This document shows positions 8,344 through 9,511 of a stretch of DNA of 9,511 nt, piece by piece. This DNA comes from Neoechinorhynchus agilis. Taxonomy: Eukaryota; Animalia; Acanthocephala. Numbering within the stretch: position 1 is the stretch's first letter; the number at the start of each line of letters is the position of its first letter. The notes beneath the pieces were generated by a model. The model did not search any database. It saw only the letters and a list, made by a program, of their open reading frames with translations, and was not told the origin of the DNA. Location of the stretch: the NCBI GenBank assembly GCA_051530055.1, contig JBMGUZ010000084.1, positions 1 to 9,511 of the forward strand. Direction: 5' to 3'. The translations under genes and the position numbers were made by a program.

Positions 8344-9511
8344 ACGCTTTAGGTGCCCTTTAGAAAGTTGTTCGATTTTTGCCCACTGAAGATGTTCAGG
8401 AAAGGAAACTTCTTGCAGTTTGCGTCTGACTGATTTCCGTTTTCTTTTTTGATCATTTCCGCGTATTGTTAACAAATTATAAAACTTTAAGAATAATTAA
8501 GAGAAAGTGTCACATCGGATTATGCAAAAGCTTAGATTTAACTCCAGTATGAAATTTTTCTTTAATTTCTAGTTCCCTCGGAGACTCAATGAGCCAATAT
8601 CTTAATCGGGCATCGGTTTAGAACCGCTACTTACTGTTTGTTAGTAATTAACGCTTTAGGTGCCCTTTAGAAAGTTGTTCGATTTTTGCCCACTAAAGAT
8701 GTTCAGGAAAGGAAACTTCTTGCAGTTTGCGTCTAACTGATTTAAGGTATTTGTTCTTTGATCTTTTCCGCGTATTATTAACAAATTATAAAACTCTAAG
8801 AATAATTAAGAGCAAGTGTCACACCGGATTATGCAAAAGCTTAGGTTTAACTCCAGAATTAAATTTTTCTTTAATTTCTAGTTCCCTCGGAGACTCAATG
8901 AGCCAATATCTTCATCGGGCATCGGTTTAGAACCGCTACTTACTGTTTGTTAGTAATGAACGCTTTAGGTGCCCTTTAGAAAGTTGTTCGATTTTTGCCC
9001 ACTGAAGATGTTCAGGAAAGGAAACTTCTTGCAGTTTGCGTCTGACTGATTTCCGGTATTTTTTATTTGATCTTTTCCGCGTATTGTTAACAAATTATAA
9101 AACTTTAAGAATAATTAAGAGAAAGTGTCACATCGGATTATGCAAAAGCTTAGATTTAACTCCATAATTAAATTTTTCTTTAATTTCTAGTTCCCTCGGA
9201 GACTCAATGAGCCAATATCTTAATCGGGCATCGGTTTAGAACCGCTACTTACTGTTTGTTAGTAATGAACGCTTTAGGTGCCCTTTAGAAAGTTGTTCGA
9301 TTTTTGCCCACTGAAGATGTTCAGGAAAGGAAACTTCTTGCAGTTTGCGTCTGACTGATTTCCGTTTTCTTTTCTGATCATTTCCGCGTATTGTTAACAA
9401 ATTATAAAACTTTAAGAATAATTAAGAGAAAGTGTCACATCGGATTATGCAAAAGCTTAGATTTAACTCCAGTATGAAATTTTTCTTTAATTTCTAGTTC
9501 CCTCGGAGACT
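8344..9511. repeat. Three-unit (925-bp) duplication signature: U28 matches partial U31
   Basis: Both carry the otherwise unseen CCGTTTTC allele with a 2-nt deletion (8440-8450 and 9365-9375), plus GATCATTT and CCAGTATG. I see one difference over the 243 nt available. Confidence 0.8.

Larger units (their letters stand above)
1..9511. repeat. Tandem array (satellite-like) of a 309-bp monomer, about 30.8 copies, continuing beyond both window ends
   Basis: The motif ACGCTT(A/T)AGGTGCCCTTTAGAAAG recurs every 309 bp. Exceptions are U3 (310 bp), U7 (308 bp) and U28 (307 bp); partial U31 carries the same 2-nt deletion as U28. ORF-track starts sit at unit position 77 in every case. Unit 1 GC is 107/309. 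A HindIII site (AAGCTT) lies at unit positions 187-192 in all copies except U13. Confidence 0.99.

Noticed and set aside
77-8930. The 14 ORFs of 67 aa as a genuine multigene family
   Set aside because: They have a TTG start, no recognisable domain, disruption in about half of the copies, and variation spread evenly over codon positions. They are a by-product of the repeat.
1-9511. CRISPR or other repeat-spacer guide array
   Set aside because: No unique spacers exist. The entire 309 bp is homologous between units and no cas or other gene is present.
1-9511. Rolling-circle or MDA concatemer of one small circle
   Set aside because: Units differ by shared, position-structured, multi-site alleles rather than random errors, which implies evolutionary divergence among copies.

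Overview
The whole window is one head-to-tail tandem array of a 309-bp, about 35% GC monomer. It has 30 complete copies plus a partial 31st, and the array runs off both ends. Unit starts (U1-U31): 1, 310, 619, 929, 1238, 1547, 1856, 2164, 2473, 2782, 3091, 3400, 3709, 4018, 4327, 4636, 4945, 5254, 5563, 5872, 6181, 6490, 6799, 7108, 7417, 7726, 8035, 8344, 8651, 8960, 9269. Copies are roughly 91-99% identical by eye, and only four indels break the 309-bp period. There is no unique sequence, recognisable gene, tRNA, rRNA, transposase or CRISPR spacer. The 14 annotated 67-aa ORFs are the same segment of the monomer repeated and are probably not real genes. The most parsimonious call is satellite DNA or a long spacer subrepeat of an unidentified organism. 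The internal structure is the notable part: two allele domains with a switch near 4.3-5.2 kb, incipient 2-mer and 3-mer higher-order repeats, mosaic units, and invariant blocks alternating with multi-allelic hotspots. One minus-strand frame is also free of TGA throughout and would be a long repeat ORF if TAA/TAG encode Gln (speculative). All alignments and counts were done by hand.
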